NCBI RefSeq assembly: GCF_964194025.1
Contig: NC_134475.1
Location: 54,002,001 to 54,066,000, forward strand
Length of the DNA stretch: 64,000 nt
Origin: Convolutriloba macropyga
Taxonomy: Eukaryota
Direction of reading: 5' to 3'
Both the position numbers and the translations under genes were made by a program. How positions within the stretch are numbered: the first letter of the stretch is position 1; the number at the start of each line of letters is the position of its first letter. This document shows positions 13,976-27,192 of this stretch, one piece after another. The notes beneath the pieces were generated by a model that was given only the letters and a program-made list of their open reading frames with translations, had not been told where the DNA came from and ran no database searches.

Positions 13976-14198
13976 CTGAAAAACAAAAAAACATTAGGAT
14001 AAGATTTGATTTACAATACAAAAGCTGAATGAGCTACGGACATGACTAGAGTGGCAATTAAATAAAGAGCGATATAAAGTGAATACAAACATTGTGAAAT
14101 TACATACAAAACATAACAATTGGCAAAACAAGATTTGCACATGTGAAAATCGAGCCTGCTTACACATCCTCTAAGTTTTGTGAAAACTGAGAAGAAAT

Positions 14199-14710
14199 TG
14201 TGGTATAGATAGAAAATTCATTGTATCATTTTGCGACGCTAATTTCATTAACATAATTTATTCAGAATTTAATTCTCTTTTTAGTTCAATTTCATAGGCT
14301 ATTTCATTAACTTCAAATCTTAATCGTACATACCTTTTTCAATTTGTTTACACAAAGTTGTGATATATTGTCTGTCCACGTTGTCTATCTTGCAGTTTTA
14401 CCGCCAATTCCTTTTTTAGTTGTGATGTAAATGCTGTGTTATCAAATCGATGGTCAAACTCATTGTTAAATTCTGAATTTAATTCTCTCTAATTCTATTA
14501 CAATTTTCAGTTGATTCTCTTCTCCCGAAATTCGCTCCGCAAAACGCTCAGAATAAAAGAGCTAACTTAAAAAGTAAGGAAATGAATTAATCATTTCAGC
14601 AAAGATAAGTATGATTTGGCGTCGCGAATACTCTAGTAATTCGGAACAAACGATTTCGGCAATTCACCTGGCAAATCAGCTAATTTATACAGAACATGAT
14701 TTCTGTACGA
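14199..14710 (+). repeat. 5' LTR
   Basis: tgtggtatagat...ttctgtacga, homologous to 20363-20840 (terminal CA lost); followed by PBS-like tgggcgc. Confidence 0.9.
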
Positions 14711-14899
14711 TTGGGCGCATTCAGACCGCGAATCTCGCGAGACTCCACTCTCAATTGATCCCTTCTGGGAAAGAGCTACAACCGACCCACCGTCACGATG
14801 GGAAAAATAGCGAATTCTAGTCTAGTTGGCCAATCTCGCAGGAAAAATCACAACAAGAGACACTTTGCTTCAAACGAAGCCGACCCATGGTAAACTGCC

Positions 14900-15720
14900 A
14901 CCCGAACCAAAATGCGAAACTGCTATCGAGGATGCAACCGAACACACAGAACGAGATCGTTAAATTCGAAGTAGTCAGCTGAAACTTCAATGGGAATTAA
15001 AGTGTCAGAAAATAACTGAAGCAGGTTTTTTGTGTGGCAAAAGACCGTGGACACTTTGTGACCAGAAATAAGTCTCTATTCTTTATCTCAGCATCGGAAC
15101 TGAGGGCCGTCGTCTCTTGACACAAAAATTTCCACACGACAATGTTTACGATCTATCGAATTCGAAACTTTGGGAAGGCTGCAAATCGTTTTTATTCGGC
15201 CTCGTAATATCACTTCCGATCGCTATGTCTTTTTCTCCAGGTAACAAAAGAAGGGCGAAACGGTGGAGCAATTCTATGGTGTTCTAAAGGAACTTGCAGG
15301 AAATTACGATTTTAAAAATTGCGAGGAGGCAATCATCTGGGATATTTTCATCACCAACATGCTTGATGACGATATACAACGAGAACTTCTAAGAGACAGA
15401 GTGGAACCCGAAAGAGCTCTTAGCATTGCTATTATCCCGGAGATGGGCCATTAAAACCAGCAAAAAATTTCCTCCTCCAACAAAAACACTGGAATCAATG
15501 TGGTACAACAATTCACCCGATTTTGCGGCGCGAATGCTCGAGTGAACCAGCAGAACAGAACATTTTTCAATCGCGAATGAACTGGCCTTTGTAGAAGTTG
15601 TGAACAAAATTGGACACCAACACATCGTCAGGTTTGCCCTTCATTGGGTAATAAATTGAACCACTGTGGTCTTCTCAATCATTTTGCAAAAAGTATGTCG
15701 GAAAAAACAGAATATTTCTA
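14900..15720 (+). pseudogene. gag: gag remnant
   Basis: EQFYGVLKELAGNYDF..DIFITNMLDDDIQRELL; degenerate zinc knuckles CRSC..H..C and HCGLLNHFAK; stops and frameshifts. Confidence 0.8.
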
Positions 15721-15879
15721 AAAATTCACAACAAAGTAAACGCATTATTAATGTCAAAAACACAGAGAACACAGAACAATCCTATAATCAAAATGTGAGT
15801 TTCCTAAATTATAACGAACAATATTACTCTGAATACCTTTAATCTAACAACAATTATATCGCAATGATAGAACACATTA

Positions 15880-18800
15880 CTCAAACTCCAATTGCGAAAC
15901 GTAAACAATAACAATTGGCAACACAGTGTCATTTGCTCCTCAAGTCAGGCAGTGGATATACTATAATTATTTTATGCCTTGCTCAGGAAATAATGTTTAT
16001 CTTCATTCAAGCCCTAATGTCAGAGAAAAAACAACTCGAATTTAAATCCTGGTGGAAACGTTAGGTACACTCAAAACTCCATTAAAAGGTAATGATCGGA
16101 GAATTCTAAAAGCAAAAAAAAAACAGTAGTTGCTGACGGTTTTCGACCCATCTTAGGACGAGGTTTGTTCGACAAACTTGGAATAACAATTTCACAAAAA
16201 GCTTGTCCAAAAACTGAAGTAGACCCAATTGAAGAACCTTGTGTGTTAAAACAGTCAATGGCGAAAAAATTTCCTGATTCAATTACACGAATTGGAAAAT
16301 CTAAACACCACACGGTCAACTCAAAATGGAAAAAAGTGCCCATCCATCTTCAACCGAAAGTAAAAATTGAACTTGAAAAAAATGCTAAATGAGGGTCAAA
16401 TTGAAAAATTGTCCAACTGTTCTGATCAATTCTTCATCTCCCCGATTGTCATTACAGTCAAAAAACATCATTTCATCAAAATAGCTCTGTTTTCAAAAAA
16501 TCTAAATAAAACAATTCACAAGAACAAATACCAGATGCCTGTTATTAATTCACTAAATGAGACTATTTCGCAAACACTGTCAAACGCATCGCAAGAGACA
16601 GCTTATTTTTCAACTTTGGATTTGCAATACGCACACAGTCAACTCAATTTACACGCTGATACGTCTCGCCATTTCAATTTCAATATTGTCAGCGGTAATA
16701 TGACAGGCTCTTTAAAACGGCTTCTAAAACAGGCTTCTAAAACAGGCTTCTATGGTTGACTGATATGCCGGCCGAATTTCAGAAAGCTACAAACTCTACG
16801 TTAGCCGGTCTCAATAGTACAAACTGTTTTCAGGACGATATATTGGTAGTGAGTAGAGTTCGAATTGAAGATCATTTAGACCTTGTAAGGAAATGTCTTA
16901 TTAAACTCGACGAAGAAAAACTCCGCATTAATTTAGCCAAATTTCATTTTGCAAAGGAGCAAATTGAATGGCTCGGTCATCGTATAACACAATCGGGAAT
17001 AACTCCATTGTCAAACAAAACTGCTGCAATTCAACAAGTCAATTCTCCAAAAAACTTAAAAGAGTTTCGATCTTTTATGGGATCTGTTCATCATCTCGGT
17101 AATTATATACCTAATTTGGCTCAACTTCGCCAACCCATTCGACCGTTGCCAGAATAAAATACAAAAAACACTTCAACACTTCAACATAATTAAAAGAAAA
17201 ATAGCAGAAGCAACGGAAAACAAACTTTTTAATCCGGATCTTGAAAAACGATTTCAATGTGACGCCTCTAGAAAATGTCTGGGTTGCGCACTCGAGCAGC
17301 GAACTCCAGATGGTTGGCATAGAGTAGCGTTCGCCTCGCATTTCTTGAATTCCGTTGAAGAAAGTTACAGTATTATTGAACTCGAACTATTGAGAGTAGT
17401 CTGGTCAATTGAACTTTTTAAATATTATCTGTACGGTAAAACTTTTACTGTCTTAACAGATCATAAGGCATTATTATCGATAGTGAGAGAAAGTACAGCA
17501 AATAAATCTTTTAATAGTCGTCTCACGCGATGGGTTGATCGCCTACTACCTTTCAATCGATCATCTTCCCGGTTCGAAAATGGGATTAATAGACAATATT
17601 CCACGACAGCCACAGCAAAAAGCAGTGAATATATCGACTTACGACGAACAATTCATAGTTGTCAAATTAGACGCTTTTAAACGCAGTGCAAAACACATTT
17701 TGCCAAATACGGAAAATTATACGAATTTTTCGGGGCGCAATTTGCTCAAAAAATCGGACGCGAATAATTTAAATGCCAGCGACAAATTATGCATTGAATT
17801 TGCTACCCGAAATCTTGAAAGATCGGAAATTACTGATAGTGACAACAATGTAAGCGAAATAACACAAAATTGTTGTAATTCTTCTACTGTAAATGAGACA
17901 ACCTACTTTCCAAACTCGCTTTTTGCCCTTAACCGCCCTACAGAACAGTTGAATAAATCTTTCTCGAATTTTAACCGCATTCCTCAATCATTCAAATCCG
18001 TACTATTGATGTCACCAACAAATGAGGAAACGCTGTCCCAAATAAAGCAAACCATACCGTCGAAGGTTTGTTTAGCCGACCAAGCCAGCCCCTCCACAGC
18101 ACCAACCGCTCCTGTAACACTTTCCACACCTGGGACGGATACAAAAAATGTCACCCATTCGATTTCCAGTGATGACATCTACACGGACTCGTTCAATTAT
18201 GCGCTCTCAAAGATCTTTTCGAGTACTCTAATGGCCAGCCTGACGTCAGAAGATGTCATCTTTAAAGAAGTGAAGGACTGTATCAATGCTGGAAACGAGG
18301 ACTTTTGCCGCCAAATAAGTCCCTATGTTCACTGTTACTGGAAAGACCTAAATGTGAACAATGAATGTGTTTGTGTGGACAATCGAATCTGCATCCCCAA
18401 CTCCATCAAAGACGCGTATGTTAAAGCCATCCACGCCACACATCCCGGGAGTTGGGGGATGACAGACACAGCGATATACGCATGGTGGCCGTTCATGCAT
18501 CGGGATCTTCTCATAAAGACGGCCAAATGTAATCCCTGCGTGAAGATTGGTAAAAATTTAAAGTCTACTAAACTTTCTAGTAAATGGGTACCACCAAAAT
18601 TATGCAACGTACCAAATGAAGAAACTCAAATAGATTTTGGTGGACCAATCTATAATGAAAAAAAAATCAAGAGGTTTATTTCCTCGCATGTATAGACCGT
18701 TTCTCTGAATTTCCAACAGCAGAAGTAGCTGAATTTTCTTCAAGACTACATAATATTGCATGGCATTCCTCGTACAATAAAACTTGATCAAGCACAGTGT

Positions 18801-19130
18801 TAAATCGGTCAACAAATAAAAGCTTTTTGTAGTCACAATAATATACAGTTAATTAAAGCCCCAATACACGAGCACAGAGCGATTGGTTTAGTTGAGAGGC
18901 TAATAAAAACTATCAGGAGACGATTAGCTAGTATTAAAACCGCGGCGCAAAACAATTTTAATTTGAAAGCATCAATAAACTCTATTTTTATCAACGTCAT
19001 ATATGCCGTCAGAAGACTTTAAAATTTTCGCCATTTGAGACGCATTTTGAAAGAAAGGCCAATACAACTTTAAGCAATATTTCAACTGAACCTAATCCAC
19101 ATACTTTGACTGACGCATCAGCCATTTTTA
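15880..19130 (+). pseudogene. pol: pol remnant (protease, RT, RNase H, integrase)
   Basis: RT: SPIVITVKK, LDLQYAHSQ, CFQDDIL, WLGH; RNase H: CDAS, ELELL, TDHKAL; integrase HHCC (HATHPG..CNPC), QIDFGGP; fragmented. Confidence 0.9.
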
Positions 19131-20362
19131 GATAAATATTTAGATTTGGAAACAAGGCGTTGGGTCGAATTGTTACCCGACGAACAATGGGATGAAGAAG
19201 CCAGGATTGATGCTGAACTCGGAAAGCAACGGAACAGAATCAGAAAAAAAGCTCGGAAACGATGCAACGAGGATCCAAATAAAGAGCCCCGCACCATGCC
19301 CCATCCAGATATCGGGTTACCGGTTCCACGAACAGAGGCATCATTGACCTTTGAACTGGCCAAGAAGAAGCCTAAATCAAAAAGATCTGAAAAAGCTTAG
19401 ACGGGCTGTTTAAAGTTCTGGCACCAGGATCTTCAGTTATCAAATCCAATGACTATATCTCATAATCAAAGAACCAGGTAAAAGAGGTATCACAATCAGG
19501 ATTTCTGACTTTGCAAAATTCAGCAGCAAGGCGGAAACCGACCTTACATGTTACTCAGAGCAACGGCCAAAACTTTCAACGGGGAAGACAACAGAGGAAA
19601 TCATAAATCGACACGCCAAAGATGCTGAACGGAAAATTGAAGGCAAAAAGTAAACAACACATCGCCGAATCAACGACAAAACCAATTTTGTGTCACCAAT
19701 ACACTCAAACATGCCTCGAGCCCTGCGAATGCGGATGCCCACAAAACCAAAGAAGATAGTTCTACCCGCACCGCCCAAACAACCACCACAAACATCAACC
19801 GATTCCGCATCGCCGATAACACTTACCCAAACATCAATAGTTGTTGCAGAACCACCGAGTTGCCCTAAACGCGAAGCAGCTATGGGAATTACGCCCATCG
19901 TTCAACCATAGCAAAAACGGAAGAGATTATCACAATCGATTACTGAATCTGATGAGTCTATGGCATCGACTCAAACTTTCCCCCAAATCTATCATCAACC
20001 AGTGCACCATCAAGACAAAAGAGACGTCAAACGTTAAAAGATCAGCAAGCCAAGAACAAGTCTATAATTTTAACGATCAAGAAAACCGCCGCGCCAAATC
20101 AAGAACCAAAATTATCAGACTTCCAAGTTGGGACTTATTCACCTGATCAGCCGTACCCTAGGCAATGTTACATCTCTCCAAACTGTGAAGGTCCAGAAAA
20201 CATCATGATGGTTCGCGAGACGGAATGCGCTTCACACTCTGATACGGACTGATCATATAACTCATCGCAAAACATTCTCGTATTTTTATATTATCCAGTA
20301 CATAACTATTAATCTTCTGTTATAAACAAAACTTCGTCCTGTTTATTTTGCTGAGGGGGAAA

Positions 20363-20840
20363 TGTGATATAGATGGAAGATTATTGTCTCATTTTGTGGC
20401 GCTAATTTCATCAACATTTTTTATTTATAATTCAGTTCTCTTTCTAGTTCAATTTCATAGATTTTTTTTTAGTTGTGATGTTAAAAATGTTGTGTGATCA
20501 AATTGATGATCAAATTCATTGTTAAATTCTGAATTTCATTTTTTCTAATTCTATTACAATTTTCAGTTGATTCTCTTCCCCAAAACTGGCTCCGCAAAAC
20601 GCTCAAAATAAAAGAGCTAACTTAAAATTGGTATTTGCAAAGCGAATCACTCGTTCTAAATTAAAAGCCGTATTCGCAGAGCGAATATCACCAAAAGTTT
20701 GCTAACAAATCGAATTATTCCATTCAGCAAAGACAAGTGTTTTCTTGCGTCGCGAATACACTAGTAATTCGGAACAAATAATAGCAGCAGTTCGCCTAGC
20801 AAATCAACTATCTTATACTGAACACAATTTCTGTACGACA
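20363..20840 (+). repeat. 3' LTR
   Basis: tgtgatatagat...tgtacgaca, preceded by polypurine tract, followed by TSD. Confidence 0.9.
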
Positions 20841-21095
20841 GAAATAAAGCAAATAGAGCAATCAGAAAAAAAGGTGAAAAAAACCATCAAGACAATGAAC
20901 GAAAAGATGCAAACCTCATGATGTCATGAAGATCTACTATGAGATTTTTTTAGCACATTAAGTTTGGCATGAATAGAGTTATTTAAGGTCTGTTAAAATT
21001 GTGTTTGAAGGATTAACCATACAAAATTATCAATCAGCGCTCCCAAAACAATAAAAAAGGTTACCGGTTGGAGATGTGAACAAAAATAGTTGAAA

Positions 21096-21485
21096 CCCAA
21101 AGCAGCTATGAGAGCTACGCTCATCGTTCAACCATTGCAAAAACGGAACAGATTATCACAATCGATTACTGAACCGGATGAGTCTTTGGCATCGACTCAA
21201 ACTTGCCCCCAAATCTATCATCAATCAGTGCACCATCGAAACAAAAGAGACGTCAAATGTTAAAAGAACAGCAAGCCGAGAACAATTTTATAATTTTAAC
21301 GATCAAGAAAACCGCCGCGCGAAATCAAGAACCAAAATTATAAGACTTCCAAGTGGTGACTTATTCACCTGATCAGCCGTACCCTACGCAATATTAAACC
21401 TCTCCAAACTATGAAGGTCCAGAAAACAGCATGACAGTTCGCGAGTTGGAATGCGCTTCACACTCTGATACGGACTGATCATATT
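21096..21485 (+). repeat. Ectopic copy of gypsy internal segment 19867-20258
   Basis: High identity to 19867-20258; flanked by ~39-bp direct repeats 21057-21095 / 21486-21524. Confidence 0.9.
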
Positions 21486-22397
21486 AAGGTTAACTATTGG
21501 AGATGTGAACAAAAATAGGTGAAAATAGGCTCAATGTGCTGACAGTTTGTGGGGAATATACTAGTGTACGCATATGTTTGGTACTCATTGGTTAACGATT
21601 GCAAAAAATCTGAGGCCTCAGATGCCTTTCCATCATTGTGCTTTATTGGTCTGAATGAGGGTACCTTTTTGTCAAGTTCGGTATTTGCTTTCTCATGTTT
21701 TTGTGGACATTTTTGTCCATTTATTGCGCCTAAAAGTCCCTTTATAATTGACAGTAGTTGTATATAAAAAAATTCAAACCTCAAAAAAGGACAAGGACGG
21801 GTTAAAGAGATAAAAACAGGTACCAAATGAGGAAAGGTGGTAGAATGGAAGTTTTTCGAACTTTTGAGTGGTCCGGATTCCCAGTCAATAGACTTTTTTG
21901 CCATAATTTTACAAATATTGTGTTTTTATAAACGCCATAGGTTGCGAATTAGGCAGAAGATACCTGAAAACGGAAGTCTTTTTGACATATATCAGATTCA
22001 GTACAAGTAAATTTACATCTATATTTTGATGAAATTGAGACTGCTAATCCAAAATGATCTAAAAAAACGAAAAACAAAACTGGATGTTTCTATTTGTGCT
22101 GGAAAAATATGCCGCCGTGGGCTAAACTGTGATAGGCGACCTACCTTCTTGGTCGCTCTTGTGTCTTACTTAGATGTTAACACTGCTTGTTTTTTTCCTG
22201 TGTTAAATTCAAAAGAAATATAACAGCCACCACAAAAAGCAGGAATTTGCCAAATACAACAGATACTGAGTTTTATTGTGGATAACTCAGCCTATCATTC
22301 CTTTTTTGATTTCAGTGGGAGGTTATCATTGTGCACGTGCTGTGAAAATCATCCTGAAAGATATTGAAATTTAGCAAGCTTTTGAGGAAATGCATAA

Positions 22398-22480
22398 ACT
22401 ACGATTTTTTTAGCACATTAAGCTTGGCATCAATAGTAACTCTATTGATGCCAAGCTTAATGTGCTAAAAAAATCGTAGT
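22398..22480. repeat. Perfect 39-bp inverted repeat with 5-nt loop
   Basis: actacgatttttttagcacattaagcttggcatcaatag-taact-ctattgatgccaagcttaatgtgctaaaaaaatcgtagt. Confidence 0.95.
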
Positions 22481-23372
22481 CAAAAAAAAATTTACAGTCT
22501 GTTAAAACTGCGTTTGAAAGATGAACCATACAAAATTATCAGTCAGCGCTCTCAAAACTACAAAAGATTACCGGTTGGAGATATGAACAAAAAATAGGTG
22601 AAAAATAGGCTCAATGTGCTGACAGTATGTGGGGAATATACTAGTGTACGCATATGTTTGGTACCCATTTGTTAACGATTGCAAAACAAAATCTGAGGCC
22701 TCAGATGCCCTTCCATCATTGTGCTTTATTGGTCTGAATGAGGGTACCTTTTTGTCGAGTTCGGTATTTGCTTTCTCATGTTTTGGACATTTTTGTCCAT
22801 TTATTGCGCCTAAAAGTCCCTTTATAATTGACAGTAGTTTTAGTTAAAAAAATTCGAAGCTCAAAAAAGGACATGGACGGGTTAAAAAGATAGAAACAGG
22901 TACCAAATGAGGAAAGGTGGTAGAATGGAAGTTTTTCGAATTTTTGAGTGGTCGGGATTCCCAGTCAATAGACTTTTTTGTCATGATTTTACAAATAATT
23001 TGTTTTTATAAACGCCATATGTTGTGAACTAGGCAGAAGATACCTGAATATGGAAGTCTTTTTGACATATATCAGATTCAGTACAAGAAAATTTCCATCT
23101 ATATTTTGATGACATTGAGACTGCTAATCCCATAGGATCTAGAACTACGATAAACAAAACTGGATGTTTCTATTTGTGCTGGAAAAATATGCTGCCGTGG
23201 GCTAAACAGTGATAGGCGAACTACCTTCTTGGTCGCTCTTGTGTCTTACTTAGATGTTAACACTGCTTGTTTTTTTCCTGTGTTAAATTCAAAAGAAATA
23301 TAACAGCCACCACAAAAAGCTGGAAGTTGCCAAATACAACAGATACTGAGTTTTATTGTAGATTGTAGCCTA

Positions 23373-23796
23373 CACTCTAAAAATTTATCGTGTGAATTCA
23401 ACAAAAAATCGTGTATTTTTACCCGATTTCTCGCGTAAAAAGAATCACACGATAAAAGGTCGATTTACACGAGAAATCATGTAAATTTACACGATTCTCT
23501 CGGGGTTAATCTCAGGACTTTTACCCAACTTTTACCCAATGTAGCATGAAATTATCATGGATAGCTCAGCCGTCTGTTCTAAAGGAAATTAGGACGAGGA
23601 AAAAATCTGAATTTTTTATAAAAATTGCTTCATTTCATCATACATTCAATCACACGAAAAATCGTGTAATTTTTCATCACACGAGGAAAATTTTCTCGTG
23701 TGAAATCACACGAGACGCATTTTTCACACGAAAAATCGTGTGATTTTTCATCACACGAGAAAAAATCGTGTGATTTCACACGAGAGATTTTTAGAG
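23373..23796. mobile_element. CACTC-ended non-autonomous CACTA-like element
   Basis: TIR cactctaaaaat / atttttagag (terminal 2 nt lost); TSD ta; cacacga/tcgtgtg subterminal repeats; absent from paralogous site at ~22292. Confidence 0.85.
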
Positions 23797-23929
23797 TATC
23801 ATTCCATTTTTGGTTTCAATGGGAGGTTATTATTGTGCACGTGCTGTGAAAATCATCCTCAAAGATTTTGAAGGTTAGCAAGCTTTTGAGGAAATGCATA
23901 CACTACGATCAAGCGATTCTTGTGTCAGT

Positions 23930-24960
23930 TATTTAGGTGTAGCGGGCTCAACTGTAGTAGGAATATGTCGCCTGAAAACTCCTTGTTCTGAACTTTATGA
24001 CAGTTTTAAAGTCTTCCCCATGACATATTCCAGAGAGGCCTGATGCACACTGTTGATTTTTTACTACTTAACCCTATTTTTGAATTAGGCTCTCCGCCAC
24101 AGCAAGATGTGTATTCGCAATTGAATTGGCTCAAATATGGATGATGAAAAGATGAAAAGTTCACGGATTTGATGATGTTGATGAAAAGTGCACAGATTTT
24201 GCTGGAGAAAGTACATATTTTCCTTCTACATGTATGATTCGGTTTCTTTGTTGTTTTTGGCGTGGAATTTTGGGGAAAATGTTCAAATCTTTCCAAGGGA
24301 ATTACAATTAGGTGTACACTCTCTTCAGCTTCCTGCTGTTAATACTGAGTGACTAGGTGCACAAAAACTGAATCGGTTTGAGGTTTGATACTGTACTATT
24401 TGAAGATTGCCAGGAAGCTCTTCAGCTCCGCTTTTGACAAAGCTGACGTATCAATTCTTGGTGTTCTATATCGCAATTTTTTTCTGAAGCAATTCCTGAA
24501 GTTAGCGTTTTTTTCAATTAGCACCGCCTGATTCATTAACTTTGCCTCATTCAGTCGCGCGGCACCCTGTTGTACCAGTAGTACTTCGTCACAGATAAAA
24601 ACATCTTTTTGTGAAAAAAGGCAAAAGCAAGCAATGCTTTCATTTTAAAAAATTTAACTGAAAACTGAGCAAGGAGACACCAAAATGTGTAGTTTGGTGT
24701 ATGGCAAATCAAGCTGCCAGTGAAAAAAAAAATCGGATTTTTCAGACAACACGAAGACCCCTCATGAAAAGAAAATTCTTAAAAACTGTATCTTGTTAAT
24801 TTCAAAATAACAGTTGTCAAAGGTGTGCTCTATAACATTGCTGCGATCACATCAATATACTATAAAAAGGATCCTGAATTTGGACTAATAAAGCAAATTT
24901 TAGTTAATGAAACAGAATTTTACGCCATGGTTGTTAAGTTGGTTTTGCCTTCTCCCATCT
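23930..24960 (+). pseudogene. Fossil CMC/EnSpm(CACTA)-type transposase (C-terminal half)
   Basis: Degenerate motifs in expected order: SLPHDIFQRG (LPHDxxHDxxEG), YTLFSFLLLILSD (LPLILGD), HRLIH*LCLIQSRGTL (HxLxHYPxxIxxxGPL), LKNLTEN*ARRHQ (NFKNxxxxLAxRHQ), PEFGLIKQI. Confidence 0.65.
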
Positions 24961-26017
24961 GTGCCTACACCAAAGAATCAATTTCACTAACTATGCAAGC
25001 TTAATTGTTAAAAAAAACAGCAAAAATTTGCGAAATTCTTGTGAACCTTTTTTTGTTGAACAGTTGGCTCATTACCGGTGTGGTTCAATTGAGTTTTTTG
25101 GGGTTTCGTTGACTTCAATCTGTTTTTGCTGCGATAGCTTTCCCTTTTTTACGTGTTTAGGTTCTCGTGACCACTGTGTTGTTATCATCAAAAAATGCCA
25201 GTTTCGCTAAGGTCAGTCGTCAATTATTTTTTTTAACTGAGTTTTTCCCTGTTATAAATTTCAGATTTTTTTGTTTAACATTGATTGGTAACAATTTAAG
25301 CAATAAATCTATGGTTGAATTGATAAATGATACTGCGTGACGTAAATACCGTTTCCCGGCATCTTGGCTCATTCAAATTGTCTGGTCTTGAGGTGTTATA
25401 TTGCGATGATCAATCTGAAGAACTGTTTTTTTCTAAGCTGAGAGATTCTAGTGGACAAATGAAAACCAATTTCATCCAAATATGTAAGTCAGGGCTAATG
25501 TTTCCCCGACCGTGTGATCGCGTAAACAATTTTTTGATCAAAAAAGTAGGAACATATGAAATTACCATCTGAAATTCCAATGCAGAAGCCCATTTGCAGG
25601 AAATTTTAGTAAAACTTGTGAACATATGTTAAATGTTTCGATTGTTCTGGTCTATTCTTAAATGTTTAATTTTGTGAAATGTTCTCCAACGGAATTGTTC
25701 AAAAGTTTTTCTTTGAAAATTTTATTTAAAAATTTGTTAATTTGGAGGCGAGCTCTTGATTGTTTTATTAGCTGCAGTCGCGGTGGTTAACGTACCCAGA
25801 GTCTTTCAAAATTTGGCATGTAGCCATACATGTAACTATGCATTTAAAATATGAAGAATATGTTAGTTCTTAAGAAATTTCTAAATTAAAAAACTGAAAG
25901 AATTAATTAGATTTGTAAATTTGCTGTTCTGGCTCCCTCCCCAATTGTATGTTTTCAATTGAAAATCTGCTTTTGTTAACTTCACGTCGTTTCATTTGGC
26001 AGGTTTTATTGTTTGAC

Positions 26018-26150
26018 AGTGAGTGGTTTTATTTGATGGGTGAGTGGGTGAAAGGGTGCGTTGCTCTGTGTTTAGTTGGATTGGTGAGTGGGAGGGTGGA
26101 TGAGTGAGTGGGCGGAGGTTTGGGACATGAGTGTGCTTGATTGGGTGGAT
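26018..26150. repeat. G-rich degenerate (gagtgggt-like) simple repeat
   Basis: Repeated gtgagtgg/gatgggtg motifs. Confidence 0.6.
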
Positions 26151-27192
26151 CGGTACTCTTCATATGCAAGTTTCATTTTTTATTGTGTTGTTTAACTCTC
26201 ATATAATTTGACCAGTTTCTTTTTTACCTATCTCTGAAATCTGAAACAATTTTGCTTGACTGTACATAACATACTGTCTCATAGATGTAGCGAACTTCTT
26301 GTATTTATGCAATTACTACTACGAAATGCAATGGTTACTTCTAAGATATACGTCTCGTTTTAATTGTGTTTACGCTTCTGTTTCAATTGTGTTTACTTTA
26401 TCGATCATTCGGACTAATTTTTTTTACCAGTTTGATTTGATTTGAAGGATATCTAAAAAGAGAGGGGAATTTGTAGATAAGTTTTGTTCAAACTTGCTGC
26501 GCCATGCTATTTGATTAGTGGGCACCACCTCCTGACAAAATATGGCAATGTAATGTTTCTGAGTTGCCACTAATCGGCACAGTCTTCCGACAGTTAAATG
26601 AGTTAAATTATTCAGGGGGCAGTGCCCTGTCAGGTCAAACTCTTTCTATGGCAACAAAGGTAAGTATCCATGAGATGTTCTGTTTTTCCTTTTCAACCGC
26701 TCCGAAAAAAATGCATATATTTTTTTATTTTAGACACTAGATATCAGACTGGCAATCCCTTTTTGGAGCTTTTTGTTTTTATTTCAATGCTTTAATTTAC
26801 AAATTAAACATTCAATTCAACGTGCTCTGCTTGTTACAACTTTTGCTTTCCTCAATTTTGAATTTCTTTTTTTGAATTTCTTATTTTTCATCTTACTGTG
26901 AAAAATCTGTGGACAATTTCTCGTTGGTGGTTTTGTTTAACTTGTGTACTTTATATAAGCAAGCTGAATCTCGTAAAATTTTTACAGTAAAATGAGTTAT
27001 GCAGAACTGATAAACTGGTCAAACATGGCTCTTTGCACACTCGACAGAAACTTCTCAATTGAATTTTTTATCAGATTGGTGCCTAAAGTTTGCAAGTAAG
27101 TTGTCAGTAAAAACAACTCGCCTTGAATCTATCTAAAAGCCCATTTTATTCACTGAAAATTCACATATGATTACACACAGATTGCTTAGTTA

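Larger units (their letters stand above)
14199..20840 (+). mobile_element. Full-length but decayed Ty3/gypsy LTR retrotransposon
   Basis: Two related LTRs starting TG; 5-bp TSD GAAAT (14194-14198, 20841-20845); PPT gaggggga before 3' LTR; domain order gag-PR-RT-RNaseH-INT. Confidence 0.95.
20936..23909. repeat. Tandem segmental duplication (~1.04-kb core; copies ~20936-22404 and ~22398-23909)
   Basis: Near-identical blocks (e.g. ORF-track peptides at 21549 and 22629); each copy has a private insertion. Confidence 0.9.
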
